This document shows, piece after piece, positions 53,318 through 61,393 of a stretch of 64,000 bases of DNA. Both the position numbers and the translations under genes were made by a program. Source of the stretch: a virus (Duplodnaviria; Caudoviricetes); the IMG/VR virus record IMGVR_UViG_2974689092_000001, positions 5,449-69,448 of that record; one strand, written 5' to 3'. The notes beneath the pieces were generated by a model. It saw only the letters and a list, made by a program, of their open reading frames with translations, was not told the origin of the DNA and searched no databases. Every line of letters begins with the position of its first letter. Position 1 is the first letter of the stretch.

Positions 53318-53822
53318 GCACGCCCCTGTCCCGGCCCACAGCTGCGAGCTGGTCGAGCGCCACCACATCCTGGCTCAGGTGCCCGAGCGCCACCCCGACC
53401 CGGCCAACTACGGCGATCTGATCGAGGAGTGCAACGCCCGCGCCATCGACTGGGCTGATGCGCACGGCCTGGAGCTGGCCGACATCGGCGTGCATGTGCG
53501 CGGCACAGCCGTCGGCGTGGCGTTCGACGTGGTGGTCGGCAAGGGCGAGCTGGACAGCGACCAGCGCATGCCGGGCAGCGGTGACCGCTGGCGCTGGAGC
53601 GGGCGCGCGCAATGGTGGCAGCACGTCCTGGGCGCGGCCATGCCGGGCAAGGCGGGCCGCACCGTGGCCAGCCGTGCCGCCACGCCACCCAACGCCTCGG
53701 GCAACGGCCTGGCCACCGTTACGCGCATCCACGCGCGCACCGGCCTGGAACCGGGCTGCACCTGTCACATCGGCGGGCCGTTCACCGACATCTGCCCGAT
53801 CCACTTCCAGGCCGACACCTAG
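53268..53822 (+). CDS. Hypothetical protein (start uncertain)
   Basis: Coding-like GC3 from about 53316; C-terminal 'CTCHIGGPFTDICPIH'. Confidence 0.45.
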   Translation: MLLSTPPTTTGPTSRTEHAPVPAHSCELVERHHILAQVPERHPDPANYGDLIEECNARAIDWADAHGLELADIGVHVRGTAVGVAFDVVVGKGELDSDQRMPGSGDRWRWSGRAQWWQHVLGAAMPGKAGRTVASRAATPPNASGNGLATVTRIHARTGLEPGCTCHIGGPFTDICPIHFQADT

Positions 53823-53831
53823 CCGCCGCGC

Positions 53832-53837
53832 TACGCT
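53832..53837 (+). promoter_or_regulatory. -10 element (TACGCT), leaderless
   Basis: 7 nt to GTG 53845. Confidence 0.55.
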
Positions 53838-53844
53838 GAGCGGC

Positions 53845-54123
53845 GTGGGCAAGCTCATCCCGATCACCGACGCGCCCAGCGCGCGGCGCACCGTCGAGTC
53901 CATGCCGTCGCCGTCCGAGGCGCACGCCTCCATCGCCACCGAGGGCGTGCGCCTGGCCGACATGCTGCCGGGCCAGCGCGCAGCGGTGGCGGTGTGGCTG
54001 CGCAACACCGCCGGAGCCTCGTTCTGGCGCGCCCAGGGCGGCGACCCGGCCAGACGCAGCGGGCATCTGGCCATGCACACCCAGCTGCTCGACAAGGCAC
54101 GTGACCTGGAGGCCAGCCGGTGA
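53845..54123 (+). CDS. Hypothetical protein
   Basis: Start is supported by the promoter; GTGA overlap with the protease gene. Confidence 0.55.
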   Translation: MGKLIPITDAPSARRTVESMPSPSEAHASIATEGVRLADMLPGQRAAVAVWLRNTAGASFWRAQGGDPARRSGHLAMHTQLLDKARDLEASR

Positions 54124-54839
54124 TCGGCGGCACCGGGCGGCTGGTCAACCACGACCCGCGCAACCGCCGCTACGAGGCCCCGCGCCGGGCCGCGCGCCCG
54201 GTGTCCTGGCTGCACCGCACCGACGCCGAGGCGATGGACCAAGGCCACACCAACGCCTGTACCGGGTTCGCCGCCGCGCAGCTGCTCAACGCCGCGCTGG
54301 CACACGGTGCGCGCCGCCGCCACAACGACTGGGCGCAGCGCCCCCACGCCAGCCGCTACCTGGGCCACAACGAGGCGGTCAAGCTCTACAGCCTGGCCAC
54401 GCTCAGCGACTCGTTCGGCTGGCAGTACCCGCCGACTGACGGCGGCAGCTCGGGCCTGGGTGTCGGTAAGGCGCTCAAGGGCATCGGCACGATCACCAGC
54501 TACCAGTGGACGTTCGACTTCGCCAACGCCCTGGCCTGGGCGCAGCGCCAGCCGGTGCTGCTCGGCACGCTGTGGACCGCGCCGATGAGCGAGCCGGACG
54601 AGCACGGCGTAATCCACGTCGGTTCCACCGCCGACCTCCGGCGCGCCGAGTCGGTCGGCATGGGCCACGAGTACCTGTGGCGTGGCTGCCGGTGGGACCG
54701 CCGCCTGGCGCGCATCCGCAACAGCTGGGGGCCGACCTGGGGGATCGACGGTGACGCCTACATCCCCATCGACGAGCTGGAAGAACTGGTCATGGAATGG
54801 CGCGGTGACGTGATGGTGCCGGAGGTGGGCACACCGTGA
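54120..54839 (+). CDS. Papain-family (C1A-like) cysteine peptidase
   Basis: Oxyanion Gln and catalytic Cys 'DQGHTNACTGFA', His 'GHEY', and Asn 'IRNSWGPTWGIDG'. Confidence 0.85.
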   Translation: MIGGTGRLVNHDPRNRRYEAPRRAARPVSWLHRTDAEAMDQGHTNACTGFAAAQLLNAALAHGARRRHNDWAQRPHASRYLGHNEAVKLYSLATLSDSFGWQYPPTDGGSSGLGVGKALKGIGTITSYQWTFDFANALAWAQRQPVLLGTLWTAPMSEPDEHGVIHVGSTADLRRAESVGMGHEYLWRGCRWDRRLARIRNSWGPTWGIDGDAYIPIDELEELVMEWRGDVMVPEVGTP

Positions 54840-54943
54840 AAACACACTACTGGGTCGGCATCGGGCTGGCGCTGCTCGCGCTGGGGTTCTCGATCCCGGC
54901 CCTGGCCATTGCCATCGTGTTGTTGGCCGGGGGCGCGCCATGA
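54836..54943 (+). CDS. 35-aa membrane peptide (not in ORF track)
   Basis: MKTHYWVGIGLALLALGFSIPALAIAIVLLAGGAP, coupled on both sides by GTGA/ATGA overlaps. Confidence 0.6.
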   Translation: MKTHYWVGIGLALLALGFSIPALAIAIVLLAGGAP

Positions 54944-55614
54944 CCATGCCGACCGATCAGCGCGGCGAACCGAGCTGGGCACCTGACCGGCTGCTCGTCG
55001 ATGCCATCCTGGCCGGGAGTCCCACCACGATGTCGCAGCTGTGCGCTGCTGATCGGGCCTGGGCGGTGGCCGGGCTGCGGCTGCGCGGGCTGACCGCCGA
55101 GGCCATCGCCGACCGCCTGGAATGCAGCCTGCGCCTGGTGCGCAGTGTCAGCGCCGAGCCGACCACCGCGCTGGCCATGCTCTATCAGCGCGAGTGCGAG
55201 AACTTCGCCAACGAGCTGCGCATGGCCAGCTCGGAGGTTGCCCGCCTGGCCCGGGCGCTGGCCGAGGCCGAGCGCGACCGCGACCGCGCCATCGCCGAGC
55301 GCAACAGGCTGATCGACGCCCAGCTGCGCGGCGTGGCGGTGTTCCCCAAGTGCGGCCATGAGCGCACCCGCTACAACACCTACACCGCGCCCAAGACCGG
55401 CAAGCGCAGCTGCCGGACCTGCCACCGCGATGCCCAGGCGCGCTACGAGGCCCGCGTCAGGGCTGCCGCCTGCGGGTACACAATGGGCCACGGAGGTGGT
55501 GGCAATGGCACGCAGACGTTCCAGGAAGGCACCAGCGGCCCGGCGCGGCACCCGGCGCAGGATGCGCGCGGGGTCGCCCAAGATCGCGCGCTCGCGGCGA
55601 CCAGGCGCACGTAA
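54940..55614 (+). CDS. HTH + coiled-coil + zinc-finger protein
   Basis: 'GLTAEAIADRLECSLRLV' and 'KCGH...NTY...GKRSCRTC'. Confidence 0.7.
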   Translation: MTMPTDQRGEPSWAPDRLLVDAILAGSPTTMSQLCAADRAWAVAGLRLRGLTAEAIADRLECSLRLVRSVSAEPTTALAMLYQRECENFANELRMASSEVARLARALAEAERDRDRAIAERNRLIDAQLRGVAVFPKCGHERTRYNTYTAPKTGKRSCRTCHRDAQARYEARVRAAACGYTMGHGGGGNGTQTFQEGTSGPARHPAQDARGVAQDRALAATRRT

Positions 55615-55858
55615 CGCCAGCCTGAGCAGCCGACTCGGTGGGCTGGCCAGCTTCGCGGCCCGGGGCGGGCGAGCGACCGGGCGCTCCCGGCACGGTCCCT
55701 CGATCAAGAAACCCGACACCTACGAGGCGCTGCGGCGCAAGGGCTACTCCAAGCGCAAGGCGGCGGCAATCTCCAACGCGCAGTGGAACGGCACGATCAA
55801 CCACCGGGGACGGCGCTCCCGAGGTGGTCGCGGCAGCCGCCGCTCGATGCGCAGCTAG
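55505..55858 (+). CDS. Arg-rich basic protein A (117 aa)
   Basis: SD GGAGG; core 'GPSIKKPDTYEALRRKGYSKRKAAAISNA'. Confidence 0.7.
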   Translation: MARRRSRKAPAARRGTRRRMRAGSPKIARSRRPGARNASLSSRLGGLASFAARGGRATGRSRHGPSIKKPDTYEALRRKGYSKRKAAAISNAQWNGTINHRGRRSRGGRGSRRSMRS

Positions 55859-55867
55859 GAGCCGACC

Positions 55868-56008
55868 ATGCCCGGCAAACAGGTCAAGAACTGGAAGCAG
55901 TACCACGGTCTGCGCCGACGCGGCATGAGCAAGGCCCGCGCCGCTGCCATCACCAACGCCGCCTCGCGCAAGGACCGCAGGCGCTCACGCTCCCGACGCC
56001 GCCGCTGA
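55868..56008 (+). CDS. Arg-rich basic protein B (46 aa, not in ORF track), paralogue of A
   Basis: SD AGGAG; MPGKQVKNWKQYHGLRRRGMSKARAAAITNAASRKDRRRSRSRRRR. Confidence 0.75.
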   Translation: MPGKQVKNWKQYHGLRRRGMSKARAAAITNAASRKDRRRSRSRRRR

Positions 56009-56374
56009 ATCCCTGATGACCGGGTTATCAGCCAGGCACATCCGGCAGCGGTACAGATCAAGCGCCCAGGCCATGTCGCGGCGGTAGCGCAGCTGGTTGC
56101 AGCCCTGGCACCAGGCGGCGTGTCCGGCCAGCGCGGCGTTGACCCCGGCCTCCACACAGTAGGTGCGACCGGCCATGTCCTCGACCCCCTTCAACGGTCC
56201 TACGTCCATCGGCACGTCCCCTTGGGTGCTTTCGGCCAAGGCCATGACCACGACCTGGACCCCGTAGAGCGCCGCGACCACGATCACCGTTGGCATCCAC
56301 CACACCGGCATCGGTGCGACGATTCCGACCAGCAGCGCGGCCACCACGGCCACGGTGTTGGCCACCCTCACCAT
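55985..56374 (-). CDS. Membrane protein with Cys-rich C-terminus
   Basis: Two TM segments, then 'WCQGC...RCRMC'. Confidence 0.45.
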   Translation of the reverse strand: MVRVANTVAVVAALLVGIVAPMPVWWMPTVIVVAALYGVQVVVMALAESTQGDVPMDVGPLKGVEDMAGRTYCVEAGVNAALAGHAAWCQGCNQLRYRRDMAWALDLYRCRMCLADNPVIRDSAAASGA

Positions 56375-56754
56375 TGCTCGGCCATCCCGGTGCGACAGTC
56401 GGCGGCGTGGCTGGCCAGGAAGTACGCGCCGCACTCCCGGCACAGGTCATCGGCGTCATAGGGGCTGCGCGCTGCGGCCAGCTCGTTGGTGCGCCGCGCG
56501 CCCTGGCGACAGCTGCACACCATGCAGTGGATGCGGATGTTGTCGCGGGTGTAGCGCCCGCCGTGCTCCCCGGCCACGATGCGGTCCACGACCATCGTGT
56601 CGAACGACACCATCGTGGCGCACTCCCAGCACGGTGCCTTCTCGCCGTCGCCGCCGTGCCCGGAGGCCGGTGCGAGCAGCCAGTCCTTGCGCGCGCGGCG
56701 GTCATAGCTGCTGCCGCGCTCGTTGGAATTGGACCGCCCGCACCGGCTGCTCAC
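56368..56754 (-). CDS. HNH-type endonuclease
   Basis: 'PCWEC...VDRIVAGEHGGRYTRDNIRIHCMVC'. Confidence 0.75.
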   Translation of the reverse strand: MSSRCGRSNSNERGSSYDRRARKDWLLAPASGHGGDGEKAPCWECATMVSFDTMVVDRIVAGEHGGRYTRDNIRIHCMVCSCRQGARRTNELAAARSPYDADDLCRECGAYFLASHAADCRTGMAEQW

Positions 56755-56837
56755 AGCGCACCGGCCAGGATGAACACGACCACGGCCACCAGGGCCAGCA
56801 GACTCCAGGCCAGCGGGCTGCGCACCAGGGTGTTCAC
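56751..56837 (-). CDS. 28-aa membrane peptide
   Basis: MNTLVRSPLAWSLLALVAVVVFILAGAL, with GTGA overlaps on both sides. Confidence 0.45.
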   Translation of the reverse strand: MNTLVRSPLAWSLLALVAVVVFILAGAL

Positions 56838-57052
56838 GGCTCCAGCTCCTTGCGTAGTGCCGCCGCCTGGTTGAGCAGCGCCTCGGCGCGCTCGGGGCCG
56901 TGCTCGGCGATCAGTGCGGCCACCGCTGCGGTCGCGGCGGTCTCGGTGGCGGTGGCGATGTTGTCGAGCATGACCTCGAACGTGCCGACGGTGGCGGCGA
57001 TGTCGATGTCGGCGGCGGCGCGGGCCTTGCTCAGTGTGCTGGCGATGCTCAT
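56834..57052 (-). CDS. Hypothetical protein
   Basis: ATGA-coupled; Ala-rich helix. Confidence 0.55.
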   Translation of the reverse strand: MSIASTLSKARAAADIDIAATVGTFEVMLDNIATATETAATAAVAALIAEHGPERAEALLNQAAALRKELEP

Positions 57053-57351
57053 GGGTCGAACCTTCCCTTGCTGTTGAGCGGCAGGCCACCTCGGCGCAGC
57101 CGCGCGATGTCGTTGGCGAATGCCCTGCGGTCTGAAGGCGATCCTGGGATACCCCCGATGTACTTGCCGTCCAGGTACACCTTGAAGTGACCCTGCTTGC
57201 TGGAGTGGGGCCGGACCTCCCCGCCTGCCTTGGTGATCTCGCGCAGCAGGCGGCGGGTTTCCTTGTTCCCGGCACGATGGCAGCCATTGCGCCCCGACCC
57301 CGGCACCGGAGTGCCGGGGCGGGGTTCTTCGGTGGTGGCCATCGTCAGCAC
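57049..57351 (-). CDS. HicA-like protein
   Basis: 'LLREITKAGGEV...GHFKVY...IPGSPSDRRAFANDIARLRR' fits the HicA-like fold with a conserved His. Confidence 0.6.
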   Translation of the reverse strand: MLTMATTEEPRPGTPVPGSGRNGCHRAGNKETRRLLREITKAGGEVRPHSSKQGHFKVYLDGKYIGGIPGSPSDRRAFANDIARLRRGGLPLNSKGRFDP

Positions 57352-57665
57352 CAGAATGCGTCGTCGGCGCGCACGATGTGGAGGGACTCGCCGTTGGGCA
57401 TGTAGTCCAGGTAGCCCTTGAGATCACGCAAGGGCTGGCGCTCCAGGCGCGCCACGGTGGACTCGTGCAGCAGGCTTAGCTGGCCGGGATGGCCGGTGCG
57501 CAGGCTGACTACCTCCAGGACGCGGTAGGTCTCCACCGAGCGCACGGTGCGCGCTCCGGTGACGCGGTAGGCGTCCCCGCGCGCCTCGGCCAGGGCCAGG
57601 CCCCGCACCATATGGCGGTAGACATCGCCGATCTCCAGTTCGTCGGCGCAGATGATTTCGGCCAT
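57345..57665 (-). CDS. Hypothetical protein
   Basis: SD AAAGGAGG behind a class I promoter. Confidence 0.6.
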   Translation of the reverse strand: MAEIICADELEIGDVYRHMVRGLALAEARGDAYRVTGARTVRSVETYRVLEVVSLRTGHPGQLSLLHESTVARLERQPLRDLKGYLDYMPNGESLHIVRADDAFWC

Positions 57666-57683
57666 TGTGGTGGCCTCCTTTCC

Positions 57684-57738
57684 GGCGGGCCGGTCCCGCC
57701 TACACCGTGAACTTACCCTACTTGTGCGGGTAACTCTC
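57684..57738 (-). promoter_or_regulatory. Class I promoter/operator unit
   Basis: GAGAGT-N17-TAAGTT plus GGCGGG-N5-CCCGCC. Confidence 0.7.
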
Positions 57739-57952
57739 TCACTTCTGCGTTGACCAACCGCAGCGGCGGGCGCGCCCTGGCCCGGGCCGGATGCTTGCGC
57801 ACCCGCCCGTCGGCGCGCGGTGCCAGCCGGTGGCGGCACACCGGGCAGGTCACCCGGTCATCGGCGGCGCGATCCCGGTCACTCCAGGTGCGCGGCGGCG
57901 CGGGCAGCTGATCGGAGCCAGGGCAACGCCGTGCTGGCGCTGTGGTGCTCAC
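57713..57952 (-). CDS. Small Cys/His (zinc-binding) protein
   Basis: 'RCPGS...TCPVC...VRKH'. Confidence 0.55.
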   Translation of the reverse strand: MSTTAPARRCPGSDQLPAPPRTWSDRDRAADDRVTCPVCRHRLAPRADGRVRKHPARARARPPLRLVNAEVRELPAQVG

Positions 57953-58143
57953 TCGCCGCCGATCTCGGCTGCGGCCAGCCCCACCCGCCAGGGGCCGGGC
58001 ACAAAGCCACCACAGCTCAGCCAGGCGTCCAGGCCCTCGAACAGCTCGACCATGTGGTCCAGCTGCTCGCTGGTCATGCGGCGATGGGATTTGATGAGTG
58101 CCATGATGGCGCGCAGCTCGCGCAGTGCGGCATCAGGGTCCAT
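57949..58143 (-). CDS. Small hypothetical protein
   Basis: 'MDPDAAL...LDAWLSCGGFVP..W', a common mycobacteriophage small family. Confidence 0.65.
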   Translation of the reverse strand: MDPDAALRELRAIMALIKSHRRMTSEQLDHMVELFEGLDAWLSCGGFVPGPWRVGLAAAEIGGE

Positions 58144-58364
58144 CAGGACACCTCCACCCAGCGGCAGGCGGTGGCGATCACGTTGTCGTAGTCGCCGCTC
58201 ATCGCCTCGTTGACGAACTGGTTGACCTCGCGGGTATCGGCACCACCGCCACGCAGCGCGGCGGCGACCCGGCCAATGATGCTCATGGCGTTGCCGTCCT
58301 GGCCGACCAGCTCGACGTGGACATGGGGGAAACGTGGGCCGTCGGTGGCCTGGTTATCTGACAT
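58143..58364 (-). CDS. Small conserved protein ('GQDGNAMSII...SGDYD')
   Basis: SD AAGGAG; widespread phage motif of unknown function. Confidence 0.7.
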   Translation of the reverse strand: MSDNQATDGPRFPHVHVELVGQDGNAMSIIGRVAAALRGGGADTREVNQFVNEAMSGDYDNVIATACRWVEVS

Positions 58365-58472
58365 GCTGTGGAAGCTCCTTCGTGGGGATGGAGAGGTTGG
58401 GTGGTTGGGGATTGGGTGGCACCGGGCAGGTGAGTCTGACACTGCTGCACCTGCCCGGCGTCAGGGTCCGTT

Positions 58473-58973
58473 CTACCCGCCGTAGGGACCGGCGTAGTCG
58501 GCGAACGCGCTCGGATGCTTGTCCACCGGCACCTCGGCGCGAACCAGCGGCTCCACCACCGACTCCGTGCGCTTGACCTTCCCGAACGCGCCCATGTACT
58601 CGGCGGCGGGCGGCTCGGCCCCGGGCGGCAGGACCGCGAGGGTGTCGGTGACCACGCGGATGCTGTTCCAGTTGGTCTCGCCGATGAACTCCAGCAGGCC
58701 AGCCCAGTTGAACCGCCGGGTCTCCTGGCCGGTCACCGCCCAGCGCACCGTGTTGCCGATGCGCCAGCCGACGGCGGCGTAGTGGTATTCGCGCCCGGAG
58801 GTGTAGCGCCGAAACACGACGTACTCCGGCTCATCGCCGGGCGTCGGCTCTTTGGGGCGGCGCGCTGCCGCCTCGGCGGCGGTGGCGTCCCGGGCGGCGG
58901 TGGCCAGCTGATCGGCGATCTCGCGGGCCTTGCGGGCCTCCTCGCGCAGCTGTGCAGCACTGATGACGGGCAT
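58473..58973 (-). CDS. Hypothetical protein
   Basis: SD AAAGGA; high GC3. Confidence 0.6.
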   Translation of the reverse strand: MPVISAAQLREEARKAREIADQLATAARDATAAEAAARRPKEPTPGDEPEYVVFRRYTSGREYHYAAVGWRIGNTVRWAVTGQETRRFNWAGLLEFIGETNWNSIRVVTDTLAVLPPGAEPPAAEYMGAFGKVKRTESVVEPLVRAEVPVDKHPSAFADYAGPYGG

Positions 58974-59006
58974 GGTTGTGGTTCCTTTCCTTGTGGTGGG
59001 CGCGGG

Positions 59007-59555
59007 TCAGTTGACCAGCAGGTTGTAGATGTAGCTCTCAGCCGGTGTGGGTGTGTCGCACTCGACGGCGACCAGGGCGTTGGCCAGGGCCTCGGGGATG
59101 TTGACGGTGCCGTCGGCGTCGAAGCTGTAGCCGCTGACCTGCCCGGACAGCCCGGTGGCGAGGGCCACCGCCAGCTCCCGGCGGGCGGTGTAGCCGGTGG
59201 CCCAGTCCAGGACGTGGGCGACCTCATGGGCCGCGACGATCTGGGTGGCGGTGCAGTGCGCGCCGGGGTGGTAGCCGTGCGCCACGTCGCTGGCCATCGC
59301 CAGGTCGAAGGCGTCCCGGTTGTGGACGTAGAGCGCGTTGAACACGATCTCGTTGCCCCGGCTGGCGGCGTAGGTGCCCGGCGGCAGCGACTCCACGCCG
59401 ACCCAGATCGTGCCGGTGGCGTACTTGTCGTCGAGGTAATCGACCCAGGTGAACAACTCGTCATAGGTCGGGCTGGCAGCTGCGCCGGGCGCGATGCCGA
59501 GCGCGGTGCCCGCCAGGGCGGCTGTAGCGGCCAGGGCGGCGATGGTGCGGTTCAT
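59007..59555 (-). CDS. Secreted HExxH zinc-metallopeptidase-like protein
   Basis: Signal peptide ending 'PGAAA'; 'AAHEVAHVLD' with downstream 'EALAN'. Confidence 0.7.
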   Translation of the reverse strand: MNRTIAALAATAALAGTALGIAPGAAASPTYDELFTWVDYLDDKYATGTIWVGVESLPPGTYAASRGNEIVFNALYVHNRDAFDLAMASDVAHGYHPGAHCTATQIVAAHEVAHVLDWATGYTARRELAVALATGLSGQVSGYSFDADGTVNIPEALANALVAVECDTPTPAESYIYNLLVN

Positions 59556-59631
59556 GGTTGTGGTCCTGTCGTGGTTGTGGTGGTTGTGGGTGCCGCCCTG
59601 GCCACCCACAGCGGCCAGGGCGGCGGTACTG

Positions 59632-60678
59632 CTACGCGCTCGCGTCAGCCAGGATGGCCTCGGCGGTGCGGTCCAGGTTGGACTTGAGCGCCACCGCTGC
59701 GCGGCCTTTGAGAGCGGCGACCTCCGGGGAGAGCACCGAGCGCATGGCGCGCTTGGTAGCCACGTCGCTCTTGCCGACCACCGGCATGAAGTGATCGGCG
59801 TACTCGGTGACCGCGTTGTAGGCGGCGTAGGCGGTGCCCGCGAACGGGGTGATGTGCGGCGACTGGCGCATTACCTCCATCACTGTGGACACGGTGCCCA
59901 CCCGGCTGTTCTTGGCGCGTTCGGAGTTGGCCTGCGCCACACCGAACACGTCGTTGAGCACCGCGCGCACCCACGCCTCGTCGCGCTCGGCGGCGACCAG
60001 GGTCTCCATCTCGGCGGCGAAGGTGTCGATGTAGCGGAAGGTGATACCCAGCAGGCGGCGCACCTCCTCCATTTTGACGGCCATGTCCCCGGTGTGGCGC
60101 AGGCCGACGGTGGAGACCGCCTGCTGCTCGGCCAGGCGCTGGGTGTTGGCGCACACGATGCGCACCGGGGCGATCATGGCACGGAGCTTGCCCTGGCCGT
60201 CGTGGTTGTTCAGTACCGCGAGGTACATCTCGTTGCGGTCCACGAACCCGCCTGCGCCGATGAACTCGACGTGGGTGGGCATCAGCATGGTCACGAACGT
60301 CTCGCGGCCACCGCGCAGCGCGCCGATGGTCTGGATGTGTGCGCCGGACTGGTCGGTGATGTCGTAGAGCAGCCGGGTGGTGGCCTCGTTCTGGGTCGGC
60401 TGGAAGAACCGCCCGACCACGCCCAGCGGCTCGGGGCGGTGGTTGATCGGGTTGTCGCGCACGACCACGAACCGCTCCGGCACCTCGGCCAGGCTGCCGT
60501 CGGGCATCTGCGCCCGCAGCGGCTCCTTGCGCACGTTCCAGTTCTTCATGTGCGCTGCCTCCAGCGCCTCATCCGGTGTCATCTCGTGGCCGACCTGCTG
60601 GCCCAGTTGGTGCCAGGCGTCGGTGCGCGAGTCGGCGAAGCTGAACTTGCCGTCGGTGTTGTCCAGTAGGTGCGCCAT
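59632..60678 (-). CDS. DUF932 (phage/plasmid TIGR03299-like) protein
   Basis: 'AWHQLG', 'LGVVGRFFQPTQNE', 'NNHDG', 'RIVCANT', 'RHTG' and 'AYNAVTEYADH'. Confidence 0.85.
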   Translation of the reverse strand: MAHLLDNTDGKFSFADSRTDAWHQLGQQVGHEMTPDEALEAAHMKNWNVRKEPLRAQMPDGSLAEVPERFVVVRDNPINHRPEPLGVVGRFFQPTQNEATTRLLYDITDQSGAHIQTIGALRGGRETFVTMLMPTHVEFIGAGGFVDRNEMYLAVLNNHDGQGKLRAMIAPVRIVCANTQRLAEQQAVSTVGLRHTGDMAVKMEEVRRLLGITFRYIDTFAAEMETLVAAERDEAWVRAVLNDVFGVAQANSERAKNSRVGTVSTVMEVMRQSPHITPFAGTAYAAYNAVTEYADHFMPVVGKSDVATKRAMRSVLSPEVAALKGRAAVALKSNLDRTAEAILADASA

Positions 60679-60758
60679 GATGTGGTCCTTTCGGTGGTTG
60701 GGGCGGTGGTGCCGGGCGAGGCATCGCAACGAGGCTGTGCGCCCCGCCCGGCGGGTGT

Positions 60759-61139
60759 TCACTCGGGCAGCTCAGCGCCGTCGGCGTGGTTGACCCAGTT
60801 GACGATGCGCAGCACGGTCAGACCGTCGGCGTTGTCCAGGTCGATGACCGCGATGCGGTCCTCGGTCGAGGTGGTGAGGTTGGCGATGTGGCCAACCGCG
60901 TAGGTCGGGGCGATCTTGAACCAGCGCGGGGCGGCGCGGAAGTCGTCCTCGGTGCCGTTGAACGGGGCCGACACCGAACCATCGGCCAGGCAGATCATGG
61001 TGTCGAACACCGGGGAATTGCTGTCGCACACCATGTCGGTGGTGGACATCGTGCCGGGAATGATGGGGAACACTCCGGGAGCGGTGGCCACGCCCTTGCG
61101 GTCGGCGGTGCCGGTGACGATGGCGATGGTGGTGGTCAT
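60759..61139 (-). CDS. Hypothetical protein
   Basis: SD AAAGGA behind a class I promoter. Confidence 0.6.
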   Translation of the reverse strand: MTTTIAIVTGTADRKGVATAPGVFPIIPGTMSTTDMVCDSNSPVFDTMICLADGSVSAPFNGTEDDFRAAPRWFKIAPTYAVGHIANLTTSTEDRIAVIDLDNADGLTVLRIVNWVNHADGAELPE

Positions 61140-61152
61140 GGTGTCCTTTCCG

Positions 61153-61208
61153 GGCGGGCCTGTCCCGCCTACACCCACGAAGTTACCCGCCTTGGGCGGG
61201 CAAGTCAA
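61153..61208 (-). promoter_or_regulatory. Class I promoter/operator unit
   Basis: TTGACT-N17 (TGCCCGCCCAAGGCGGG)-TAACTT plus GGCGGG-N5-CCCGCC. Confidence 0.8.
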
Positions 61209-61393
61209 TCCTAGCCAGGCGGCTGTGGGTGGTTTGGTTTACAGCACGCCGAACAGGTGTCCGACCGGGACCAGCACCAGGCTGGCCAGGGCCAGGACGG
61301 CACCGGCTGGTTGTACTGCGCCGCCGTCGCGCCCGGCAGCCACCATCAGGCAGCCCAGGCAGCACAGCAGCAACAGCACGCCGGTCGCGGCGC

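Noticed and set aside
55505-55858. Adenovirus-protease consensus sites in Arg-rich protein A
   Set aside because: The GG dipeptides present do not match (M/I/L)xGG or (M/I/L)xGxG, and the phage enzyme is papain-type, so the consensus would not be expected to apply.
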